A stretch of DNA of 26,539 nt. Origin: a virus. Lineage: Duplodnaviria > Caudoviricetes. A program made the translations under genes and the position numbers. Under the pieces are notes generated by a model. The model was not told the origin of the DNA. It ran no database searches and saw only the letters and a program-made list of their open reading frames with translations. The stretch covers positions 1-26,539 of the IMG/VR virus record IMGVR_UViG_3300042297_000227; one strand, 5' to 3'. How positions within the stretch are numbered: the stretch's first letter is position 1; the number at the start of each line of letters is the position of its first letter. Positions 1 through 8,575 of this stretch are shown here, in pieces.

Positions 1-311
1 CTGAGGCTTGAATACAGGTACTTAATGCCATTGTCCTTGGCTATCTTTTCAATCTCTGATATCATAATCTGTATCGCCTTCTTTCTGGCAACTCCCCGTA
101 TAGCCGGGTTAGACACCGGGAAGGTGAACCAACCAACCGGTGCATTTGATATAGTGTACAGGAATCCTGCACATATATTCACGTTCTCCTCGCTAACCAT
201 TACGCCGGTATCTGATAGGAAATCCTTAGGGACAGGAGCCTCCCATCCCCACGCCGCCCACCATTGACACAGTTCATTATAGTCGTCATTTGATAGTCGC
301 CGTGTTTGCAT
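1..311 (-). CDS. Partial ORF running off the window edge; putative GNAT-fold (acetyltransferase-like) tail-region protein
   Basis: Absent from the ORF track. ATG at 311-309 opens MQTRRLSNDDYNELCQWWAAWGWEAPVPKDFLSDTGVMVSEENVNICAGFLYTISNAPVGWFTFPVSNPAIRGVARKKAIQIMISEIEKIAKDNGIKYLYSSL, with no stop before base 1. It is preceded by TAAATTTG-CAGT. The strand/helix pattern and 'SNPxxRG...AKDNGIKY' resemble GNAT proteins, and podoviruses often carry such a gene after the tail nozzle. Confidence 0.7.
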   Translation of the reverse strand, partial: MQTRRLSNDDYNELCQWWAAWGWEAPVPKDFLSDTGVMVSEENVNICAGFLYTISNAPVGWFTFPVSNPAIRGVARKKAIQIMISEIEKIAKDNGIKYLYSSL

Positions 312-323
312 ACTGCAAATTTA
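312..323 (-). promoter_or_regulatory. Bacteroidetes-type -7 promoter (TAAATTTG-CAGT-ATG), predicted leaderless
   Basis: TAnnTTTG ends 4 nt before the ATG. Its TAA doubles as the stop codon of the upstream gene. Confidence 0.7.
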
Positions 324-1118
324 CGGAAAAGACTTGAATATATCGCTAGAAACTGAGAAGAGTTCTACCTTAGATGTGCCAATTATTGTAATTGTTCCGG
401 TCATGTAAGATCCACGTAGTCCAAATGATTCTGATGTTATGTTTTTAGATACGACAATCATGTCCCCAATGGATGGTGTGTTATTTTGAGTGTATGTATA
501 ATAATAAGAAAAACCTCCTGCCTGGTAGTACGCAATTAACTGGCCTATTTCTTTAGGGATATTTGTATTTGGGTCTATAAAATACAATGAATCGCCATTC
601 CCATTTATACTTGGATCAACTACAGGTGGAGGGATTGAAGACAGCGTTCTGACTACATATTTAAGTGAAGGCACAGAGCTTTTATTGTATAGCACACCGA
701 CTCCTTGCTCCTTCAACGTGGTATTAAATTCGTTAAGTGTAGATATTATGTGGGCATACGATTCCCCTTCCTTATTATAAAACGCATCAGATGCAACCGC
801 CCCTTCAAAGACTCTATTTGATAGAGATGTTTTAAAACTTGCGTAAAGTTGATTATCGGGGTAATTCCCTGAGAATGAAAATGTCTTAAACATCTTCACC
901 TCTGTAGGTGAGTCGTTGAAGCATATATCTATTCTAGAGTCACCTGAAGCTCCTCCGTAGTATGTATTTCTTAGCGGGTTGATGTAGTGCTTCCATATCT
1001 GACCGCTCTTGAATGTATACAGGTAATTGTTCATACCTATAGCCCACTCAGGCTGATAGCTAAAGAATGATGTAAACCCGTCTAGTTGAGGCTGGTAAGC
1101 CACTGTATATTGTGCCAT
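321..1118 (-). CDS. Tail muzzle/nozzle (stabilisation protein), C-terminal part, 265 aa
   Basis: Starts YTVAY..LDGFTSFFSYQPEWAIGMNNYLYTFKSG and contains FNDSPTEVKMFKT, NKEG and LRGSYM..ELFSV. These motifs resemble the C-terminal blades and domain of crAss-like/P22 gp10-like nozzle proteins. Confidence 0.7.
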   Translation of the reverse strand: MAQYTVAYQPQLDGFTSFFSYQPEWAIGMNNYLYTFKSGQIWKHYINPLRNTYYGGASGDSRIDICFNDSPTEVKMFKTFSFSGNYPDNQLYASFKTSLSNRVFEGAVASDAFYNKEGESYAHIISTLNEFNTTLKEQGVGVLYNKSSVPSLKYVVRTLSSIPPPVVDPSINGNGDSLYFIDPNTNIPKEIGQLIAYYQAGGFSYYYTYTQNNTPSIGDMIVVSKNITSESFGLRGSYMTGTITIIGTSKVELFSVSSDIFKSFP

Positions 1119-1128
1119 ATCTTATATT

Positions 1129-3030
1129 TTATCCTTCGCAATTTACTACGCTTATAACTTGCCCTATCCCGTCTATTAAAATAGATTGATTATTGTCCAT
1201 CTTGTAATAAAGGTACCCTCCATTAAGTATGTCATTCTTGTACCCGTCTATGTAAACAAAGTCGTTAACCGCAGGGTACGAACACTCGTTGTCGCAGTTC
1301 ACCCCGTCGAACCAAAATGTTGACATACACTCCGTGCTGCTACAGGCAGATGCACTACTGCACTCACCTACAGACGTCATCTGGAACGGACTAAGTGTTG
1401 GCGGGTGCTGTACTGTAAAGCTAATAGTTGTGCTGTCTGAAGGCCCTACACAGTTGGTTGCCACAAGGGCTATAGAGTATGATCCAGGAGTAGTGAAGTT
1501 TGTCTGTAGTATCCCGTTGTCGTCTATCGATAGTCCGTATGGCACGTACATACCGCCTATTGCGTAATCTGCATCTACCCCGCTTACTGGCGTTATTGAC
1601 CCATACTCTACAGGAGTTATTATTGTCTCGCCTATCCCTACAGATAATGTTTTAGAGCACAAATTTTCATCTGTGTAATCAAACACTCCGCCAGTTTCAT
1701 TCCCGTTAAATGTGACCATATCAACTGTAGAAACAACAGCCCAAGACGTTGGATTGTGCGTAGCCTCTATTTTAAATGACGATGCCGCACCAAGCTGGAT
1801 AGGGAATGTAGTTGTTGATATTACCGGTAGCGAGGTCTCTTCGCAAACACAACTAGTTACCGATACAACTCCGCCATTTGAATCAATTTTAATAGAAGAG
1901 TCGTTGCCTATTATGTAATAGTATTTATTGTCACCGTTAAAATATGTTGCACCAGAGCCGTTTGTAAATACGTAATCACCAACTGCAGGGTAGGTATCTA
2001 CTCCGTTAAAGTAACGAGTAAGAAAATCCTCTCTATAAGAACAGGCTGTAAGCAAATCGTCAAACCCAACTGTTGATAAAGCCACAGAAGATAGAGATGC
2101 ACATACCCCTTCAAACTTAACATCCCCTTCAATAGGGCCTTCGTTTGTTACAGATAGATACAGGGTGTCGTCATCTGCAGATGTTTTTATAAATGTAAAA
2201 CTTCCTGTTCCCCCTGAAGATACGTAGGCTACCTGGCTATTATTGTACACCCCTGTGATTACATTCCCCGCATCTGATGTGTCTATGTCAATTACGGATA
2301 TCCCTCTTACTCCGCCACTAGTGAAATTCATCTCGACATTGACCGGGTAGTGCGAGCCAATGCTATCTATCCCTACTAGCCCATCAGAGCAGGTTATTAT
2401 ATTCCTCATATCAATGACAATGTAATAGTAGGTGTTCCTTGAATAAGTGAACAACCCTTCGTAGCGAGGCGACTCTCCAGAAACTAACGTCATAGTTATT
2501 TCAGCTGCTCCAGCATTTATTACATCCTCTCCAGATAACAATGGATCTGAAGATGTGTGCCAGTATACCTTGTTGTTGAACGTAGGCACAAATGGCTTCT
2601 CCACACTAGTATACCCTATTGCACTTACATATATACTCACAGTATCCCCTGTTACAGGAATTACCCCTACCTGTGGATTATTAGATATGTCTATAGTCTC
2701 TCCGCACCCTGCGTTATTGCTATACATGTCTTCGTATGGCGTGTCTATAACAAATTTTACTTTTTGCCCAACATCTCCGTCTAGACCAAGTATATATATC
2801 TTGGCGTCTACATAGCCCTCCGCATACTGGGTAATTGGTATTGTTGTAGATGTTCCGTCTGCATATGTAATTACAATATCGTCTGAGCGATAATCCCCTG
2901 TTGTGTTTGGGCTACATATTGGTGCAAGGCTAAAGTTTCCCGAACCAATCATTGGAGGAGTTAAATTAGTAACCCATGCAGGTCCGGTAGCTGTCCACGT
3001 TGTATTTGATGATATATTTATGTATGACAT
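1129..3030 (-). CDS. Putative virion surface adhesin, 633 aa: N-terminal BACON-like domain, Ig-like segments and two Cys-bounded repeat modules
   Basis: SNTTW...AWV...GSGN...PNTTGDYR..IVIT...IPITQ fits the BACON pattern. A YPAV(G/N)D(Y/F)V..NG..YY..ID..G.V.SV..C module occurs twice. 'PYGLSIDDNG..TTPGSYSIALVATNCVG' resembles a putative Ig domain. Confidence 0.7.
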   Translation of the reverse strand: MSYINISSNTTWTATGPAWVTNLTPPMIGSGNFSLAPICSPNTTGDYRSDDIVITYADGTSTTIPITQYAEGYVDAKIYILGLDGDVGQKVKFVIDTPYEDMYSNNAGCGETIDISNNPQVGVIPVTGDTVSIYVSAIGYTSVEKPFVPTFNNKVYWHTSSDPLLSGEDVINAGAAEITMTLVSGESPRYEGLFTYSRNTYYYIVIDMRNIITCSDGLVGIDSIGSHYPVNVEMNFTSGGVRGISVIDIDTSDAGNVITGVYNNSQVAYVSSGGTGSFTFIKTSADDDTLYLSVTNEGPIEGDVKFEGVCASLSSVALSTVGFDDLLTACSYREDFLTRYFNGVDTYPAVGDYVFTNGSGATYFNGDNKYYYIIGNDSSIKIDSNGGVVSVTSCVCEETSLPVISTTTFPIQLGAASSFKIEATHNPTSWAVVSTVDMVTFNGNETGGVFDYTDENLCSKTLSVGIGETIITPVEYGSITPVSGVDADYAIGGMYVPYGLSIDDNGILQTNFTTPGSYSIALVATNCVGPSDSTTISFTVQHPPTLSPFQMTSVGECSSASACSSTECMSTFWFDGVNCDNECSYPAVNDFVYIDGYKNDILNGGYLYYKMDNNQSILIDGIGQVISVVNCEG

Positions 3031-3039
3031 AGTATTGTA

Positions 3040-6000
3040 TTATAAAGGTAAAGTCCCTCCGCTTGATGGTACTATTATTGGAACATCATATAAAGGAACT
3101 GTTCCTATTATAGTATCTAATGGGTCATTTATAACCGTAGTGCTTGATAATGATTGTGATTTAGTAAACTCGGTTTCTGACAGTATGTATCTTTTATAGT
3201 ACGGGTCAAACACGCCGATTTTCATTGTGTCTGGCTGTGATTTAAAGCTAGTGTTAAAAAATGACCTCATCCCGTTGCTGGATATCTCAAATATTCCGTC
3301 ATTCCCAAGGCGAAGAACCGCACCTCTCTGACTGTCTGTAAAGAACATATTATCGTCCCACTGTGCGAATGACTCAGGGTTATTACTAATTCCAAACTCC
3401 CCTTGATATGCGATCTGAGTGCCTAACACCTCTGGAATACTTGCAACTTGTCCGCCACCCGTTGAGTCGCTAAGAAGGTTCTTGCCAAAGAGCACCTTTG
3501 ATACCTTATCCTGTTGAAAGACTACTAGGTCGGTATTTCTTGACTTTATCTTCTGTACAGATCCAAATGACTTATCCAAGTATTTAAAGTTACCAAGGGA
3601 TATGTTGAACTGGTTAAGATTGTTCACGTTTGAGTCTTGCTTGTACACTCCACTGTATGTAAGCCCCTCTGATACTACCTGTTGACTATAGTCTTCTACT
3701 GGGACTGATACTCTAGGAGACCACTCCATTGTTGGTGCATTAAAATCGTCCTTTATACGATCTGACTCAACCCCATTTGGGAATGCCCAGCAGTTAAAGC
3801 TATGATTAGTTGTTATGCTAATATTATTGGATTGCTCTGTAGACACTATGGCTGGCAATGTATTAGTTTGATCCTGTATAGTCCCTCTATGTTTTTTTCT
3901 GCCAAAGGCATCAGTATACACATTTAAATCTTCTGTGCATTCGTGGAAAACTGCGTCTTGAGCGTTATTGGGGATTGTTTCTAATACTAGTATATCTTTT
4001 TGATAAAATATAGATAACCCTGCAAGGCTGTTGCCATATTTTACATCATGGATACTCATAAAATTAGCAAAAGACATTAATTGCGATACTCCATTTGATA
4101 GAATAGGGCATTGTATTACCATATAAACACGACCTCCTAAATAAGATTGAGCAGCAAGATTAATAGTCCAGTTTGGGAAAGTACCGCCACCTGAAAACAT
4201 TGATGACCCATATCTAAAAATAACATTTTTATAAGAATCTAAGCCATTAGGCACAAATGGAGATGTAACATAATTGAAATCTATATATGAGTTGCTCTCC
4301 CAAAACCATTCTTGAATGTCTACATATCGATCAGGCGAAATAAAACTTTGTTCTGGAGTGTCAAGTAAGGTTTGGAATCCTGTGCCAGGTGATGATGAAG
4401 AATATTTAGATACTGTTATACGTCCTATATTAATTTCCGTCCCTGGCATTATAGTTTCTGCACTAGACGAATTTAGGCTAAAAGCACACGCTAAATAATT
4501 TATTTTGTTACCCCCTAATGTATTCCCCATATTGGAATATATATTAAGTCTCCAAGAATCACCTATATTGCAAGTAGCAGATGGGGATATAGTTATGTAC
4601 CCATATATTGGAGAAGAAATAGATGTTTTTATAAATACACTTACTGGTGCATTGGTAGTTGCGTTTCTAAATGCCAATGGAGCCGGATTGATATTTTGAT
4701 TATTTTGACTAAAAAGTTTATAATTAAGACAATGAAACCCACCTATTACACCGGCGTACTCTATAAATATCCTAGTGTCAGAAGGCACATACAATAATCT
4801 AGTATAACTAAATAACGATATAGGCAACCTGCTTGACGTTCCATTATATGGGTAATACACTACAGGGGAGGCATTTATAAATACACCTGCAGGGGAGGAT
4901 GCCCAAGTATAAATAAGGCTATTGTTTGAATATAGTGATTGATTACCAACTGTAACTAATGGAGATGCAGTTGAAATTGTATTTGTTAAAACTCTATTTA
5001 TTTTTAAATATAACCCCTCTGGATAGCCGGAAGGGATATTTGATGAATTTAAATATATTAATTCTAATACTTTATATCTTAAATTAGAATTAGTAGGACC
5101 ATTAAAATCTGACTTTATAACAATCGACTCCCCTTCTGAAACCTTATCTTTATCTGTATTATTTATGCAAAAATAACTAAAAGGACCATGTGTCCCATTA
5201 AACACTGCAATAGGATATATATTATAGTATTTTAATGTATTTTGTTTTATTGCTATATTATATTTAGTGGCCCAATATGGCGGGTTATGAGCTATAGATA
5301 TATTTACATAATTTTTTAAATTACCTCCAATTTGAGCGTTATTGTATATATGGCACGTATTGGTAGAAGATGTTATTACTGTAGACATTCTTCCGTAATC
5401 ATCCTTATATATTATTCCAAATTCGTAATCTCTATTTGTTTTTAATGATGGCTCTACTTTATTTACATCTATTAAAGATGACTGTCTTATTACACTAAAA
5501 TTGGGTATTACTTTAGATTTATTGACAGTTATCATATCATAGTATTGCGTATAATTCCCATAAATTAAACGACTGCCTATAATATCTTGCCCAAGAGCCC
5601 TGATAGGGACATTATCAAATAGCCTTGTCAATTGAGATGACGGTAATGATGTGTATATCTTGCTATTATCAAAACGAATATATGTCCAAGTTATATTATT
5701 TGGGATAGCCGATGTACTTACAATCGGCTTTAATTTATTTATTGTCTCTATTACATATATGTTAGGGAACTGGCTATCTTTAAATAATAGTTGTATATCT
5801 GTAACTTGTCTATCTCCTGTAGCTACAGTAATATTGACAATGTTGTATTTATTTTGCATACCATTGTTAGTCCCGGTATACGCATTATATGAAAAAACAG
5901 ATGGCACAAACGCAACTTTGCTAAATGGGGCTATTGAGCTCCATCTCCCGTCTGTATACTTATACCTGTATGAAAAATACAAAAACTTGTCCTGAATATA

Positions 6001-6672
6001 ATTTTTTGCACTGCCATCGTTGAATAATTGAATCGTAGGTGCAGTCAACGGCGGCTTGACGATGACGTTTATATCATCTTGATTCCACGCAAATGGAGGC
6101 GTAGCTGAAGTCCAAGCCTTAAACGTGTTGACATTTATCATCCTTGGAGGGTTCAGATTGTCCGTCCATAGCAAGAACCCATTAAAGTAATTTATCCCGG
6201 TGACAGGGTAGTTTACGTTAAAATTAAAGTACTTACCAGCTACCGCTCCAACTCCCTTAACCGCTCTAGCGATATATGAAATAGCACCGGCAGTGCCTGC
6301 GGTTCCTCCCGTAGGGATGACATTAGGTGTGTCTAGGTACTCTACTATCAAATCCTCGTATGTTGACGTAATTAGCCAGTAAATAGAGTTTGACTGGGGG
6401 TTTATGCAGGCCCCTATGCATCTAGGACTGACAAGTGGTGCACCAGAAATATTTGTAACATTAAGTGGCACGTTAGCTCCACTCACGGGCCTCAGGTTCC
6501 CTATTGAGTTCCTAAGCACACCAGAGTCCCCATAATCATCGCTGCCAGTCCCGTTACTCTCAGGATTTATGACCTCTATGTTCATAGCCTTGAAATACTG
6601 ACCCTTAGGCAAAAGCCTTTGATCAATATCCATGTTCATCTTACCGCCAACGAATGTATTTGTTATCTTCAT
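3040..6672 (-). CDS. Tail muzzle/nozzle (stabilisation protein), N-terminal part, 1210 aa
   Basis: Contains F.GGKMNMDIDQRLLPKGQY..AMNI, LLWTDNLNPPRMIN, RLIYGNY, NGVESDRIKDDFN, FGSVQKI and GISNNPESFA..FFTDSQRGAVLRL, all typical of crAss-like muzzle proteins. It follows the ring genes with a TAATG overlap. Confidence 0.8.
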   Translation of the reverse strand: MKITNTFVGGKMNMDIDQRLLPKGQYFKAMNIEVINPESNGTGSDDYGDSGVLRNSIGNLRPVSGANVPLNVTNISGAPLVSPRCIGACINPQSNSIYWLITSTYEDLIVEYLDTPNVIPTGGTAGTAGAISYIARAVKGVGAVAGKYFNFNVNYPVTGINYFNGFLLWTDNLNPPRMINVNTFKAWTSATPPFAWNQDDINVIVKPPLTAPTIQLFNDGSAKNYIQDKFLYFSYRYKYTDGRWSSIAPFSKVAFVPSVFSYNAYTGTNNGMQNKYNIVNITVATGDRQVTDIQLLFKDSQFPNIYVIETINKLKPIVSTSAIPNNITWTYIRFDNSKIYTSLPSSQLTRLFDNVPIRALGQDIIGSRLIYGNYTQYYDMITVNKSKVIPNFSVIRQSSLIDVNKVEPSLKTNRDYEFGIIYKDDYGRMSTVITSSTNTCHIYNNAQIGGNLKNYVNISIAHNPPYWATKYNIAIKQNTLKYYNIYPIAVFNGTHGPFSYFCINNTDKDKVSEGESIVIKSDFNGPTNSNLRYKVLELIYLNSSNIPSGYPEGLYLKINRVLTNTISTASPLVTVGNQSLYSNNSLIYTWASSPAGVFINASPVVYYPYNGTSSRLPISLFSYTRLLYVPSDTRIFIEYAGVIGGFHCLNYKLFSQNNQNINPAPLAFRNATTNAPVSVFIKTSISSPIYGYITISPSATCNIGDSWRLNIYSNMGNTLGGNKINYLACAFSLNSSSAETIMPGTEINIGRITVSKYSSSSPGTGFQTLLDTPEQSFISPDRYVDIQEWFWESNSYIDFNYVTSPFVPNGLDSYKNVIFRYGSSMFSGGGTFPNWTINLAAQSYLGGRVYMVIQCPILSNGVSQLMSFANFMSIHDVKYGNSLAGLSIFYQKDILVLETIPNNAQDAVFHECTEDLNVYTDAFGRKKHRGTIQDQTNTLPAIVSTEQSNNISITTNHSFNCWAFPNGVESDRIKDDFNAPTMEWSPRVSVPVEDYSQQVVSEGLTYSGVYKQDSNVNNLNQFNISLGNFKYLDKSFGSVQKIKSRNTDLVVFQQDKVSKVLFGKNLLSDSTGGGQVASIPEVLGTQIAYQGEFGISNNPESFAQWDDNMFFTDSQRGAVLRLGNDGIFEISSNGMRSFFNTSFKSQPDTMKIGVFDPYYKRYILSETEFTKSQSLSSTTVINDPLDTIIGTVPLYDVPIIVPSSGGTLPL

Positions 6673-7544
6673 TATTTAATCCATTTGTCTTGACCACGTA
6701 GCGTCATCAACAATCTTGACGAGTGGATATTGCTTAATCTTATCTTGGTATTGCGTAATGCAGCCATCTTATCCTTCTTTGCTCTGGCGACAGAGTACTC
6801 CTGTGCGTTTGATCTTCCGCTCATTAGTGCCCACTTAATGTAAGCGTACAGATACTCCTCGGCCATCTTATTGATCATTATCTTGCTGTCGTCTGCGTTA
6901 AGCCCGTCGGAGATGTACTCCAGGACTATGCTATAACCAGACATCTTAGAGCTGAAATTTATGACCCCAGAGGCCTTGTCCACACGGAATGTTCCGTTAC
7001 TATTAGCCTCCTCGGTGTTGAGCCCGTATCTTACCATGTTCTGAGGGAAGTACCACTGATCGTTTATGAACCACCCCCAGTAATTGTACGGTGTCCACTG
7101 TAGAGGGATCCCGTTCAAAGCGTCTTGGGTTAGCAGACCGTCTACGGTTATAGCGTTGCCGTCTACGTCGTATATGATGTCACCTATAGAGTCTTGCATC
7201 AACGACTGGCTACGGTTAGCCCTCGGCGATTCGAAGAGCTGCATAAGTACTCCTGACACGTTTGTGCTTACCTTAACGTAGTTCACGTAGTCAGATGGGA
7301 GTACCATCTTCAAACTACCATCAAGAGTCTCCTCTATGGTAAGTATCTCTCTAGATGCGTCGTAGTTTAACTCCTGTATCCCTCTCTTGGCGTGGAAGAT
7401 TACGTTGTATCTATTCGTATTGAACGGCACCTGCATCTCGTCCCCTACATACATCAACATAAAGTTGTTGACGATGTCTGTAAGAGATACGTATTGGTAG
7501 CTGCCGAAGTTGTTTATATTTTCGTAGTATGTTTGATCTGTCAC
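6672..7544 (-). CDS. Tail ring/adaptor protein, 290 aa
   Basis: GTG start. Motifs HAKRGIQELNYD, LPSDYVNYVKV and LEYISDG. Lies between the head genes and the muzzle, as crAss-like ring proteins do. Confidence 0.7.
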   Translation of the reverse strand: MTDQTYYENINNFGSYQYVSLTDIVNNFMLMYVGDEMQVPFNTNRYNVIFHAKRGIQELNYDASREILTIEETLDGSLKMVLPSDYVNYVKVSTNVSGVLMQLFESPRANRSQSLMQDSIGDIIYDVDGNAITVDGLLTQDALNGIPLQWTPYNYWGWFINDQWYFPQNMVRYGLNTEEANSNGTFRVDKASGVINFSSKMSGYSIVLEYISDGLNADDSKIMINKMAEEYLYAYIKWALMSGRSNAQEYSVARAKKDKMAALRNTKIRLSNIHSSRLLMTLRGQDKWIK

Positions 7545-7546
7545 TG

Positions 7547-8512
7547 TTATTGTTTTTCAGTTTGATGGGTAATCTGCTCTTGTTGAGCTGCGTATGTGAC
7601 AACCTCTTGCTCACGAATCTGTACACCACAGTATTGTAATATCTTTAGGGCCAGCTTTACATACTCGGTCTCGGCAACTTCAAAGTCTTGATATGCAGGA
7701 TCGTTTTGGTTAAAGATAGGCTCGCTATTGGTTATAGTATTATACGTCCAATTCGGGATTCTTGGGTACCTAATGTAGAATATCTCTATAGCCCCGTCGT
7801 CCAGTATAGATGCAGGGTAAACGCTAATGTCGTTGCCGTGCATTACATACGATGGGTACGTCTCACTAGGTGCAGTTAAATTTGAGTTGGTAAGATAGTA
7901 CAGCCTTTGCTGAGTTACGGCCTGTATCTCCCTTTGATTCCAATATAATGAGTTTATAAGGAACCAGTCTGAAGGTAAGCTAAACGATGTGCTTGCGACT
8001 GAATTAATTGCAGTTGCAACTATGGTGTTTGGGATGTATCCTGCACCAGCGTTGGTGATAATTACAGATACTATATTACCAAACGCATCGCTTGCCCATG
8101 TTGCAGTTGCCGTGATACTAGGAAGAGTCGATGTCGCAAAGTTAATGTTCCCCGTCGTTATGCTAGGTGGGTAGCCGCCTCCAGGGTTTGTGATGGCGAC
8201 GTTGACTATGCTACTCGAAACAGGATCAACCGTCACGGCGAATGTAGCCGGGGTGACATTAGCATTCGTTATCTGTACGTGAGATGTGAAGTAATCGATA
8301 GCCTGCTCCATCTGTTTTACTATGTCTGCATAGCCTGAGTTTACTCGGCCCATCTTCATCTTGTTCTTGTAGTCGTTGTACCTTTCGAAATACTCTTGGA
8401 ATATCTCATTCTGAGCCATATCGGCGTACTTATTGAACTCATCAGGGGTGATGTACCCATTGTTGTCTTTATTCAAGACATACATAACAGTTTGTCTAAC
8501 CTTGTCAATCAT
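7547..8512 (-). CDS. Tail ring/head-tail connector protein, 321 aa (start corrected to ATG at 8512)
   Basis: Motifs LNKDNNGYITPDEFN..A..AQ, LPSDW, YIRYP..P.W.Y and LQYCGVQIRE. The track's TTG start (MYLCD) is simply the promoter motif read in frame. Confidence 0.72.
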   Translation of the reverse strand: MIDKVRQTVMYVLNKDNNGYITPDEFNKYADMAQNEIFQEYFERYNDYKNKMKMGRVNSGYADIVKQMEQAIDYFTSHVQITNANVTPATFAVTVDPVSSSIVNVAITNPGGGYPPSITTGNINFATSTLPSITATATWASDAFGNIVSVIITNAGAGYIPNTIVATAINSVASTSFSLPSDWFLINSLYWNQREIQAVTQQRLYYLTNSNLTAPSETYPSYVMHGNDISVYPASILDDGAIEIFYIRYPRIPNWTYNTITNSEPIFNQNDPAYQDFEVAETEYVKLALKILQYCGVQIREQEVVTYAAQQEQITHQTEKQ

Positions 8513-8524
8513 ATCGCAAAGGTA
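8513..8524 (-). promoter_or_regulatory. -7 promoter (TACCTTTG-CGAT-ATG), predicted leaderless
   Basis: TAnnTTTG lies 4 nt before the ATG and directly after the terminator T-run. Confidence 0.75.
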
Positions 8525-8525
8525 C

Positions 8526-8552
8526 AAAAAAAACCCCTCTTAATAGAGGGGC
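8526..8552 (-). terminator. Intrinsic terminator closing the capsid unit
   Basis: Minus strand reads GCCCCTCT-ATTA-AGAGGGG followed by T8. Confidence 0.85.
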
Positions 8553-8575
8553 TTTGATGTTCTGTTTAATTAATG

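Noticed and set aside
5168-5175. Internal TATTTTTG octamer in the muzzle gene
   Set aside because: It is not near a gene start, and such matches are expected by chance in AT-rich DNA.
8513-8527. Track starts MYLCD (8527) and MYLCG (25037) as a shared N-terminal peptide
   Set aside because: This is an artefact of translating the promoter sequence TTGTAYCTTTGC. The real starts are 5 codons downstream.
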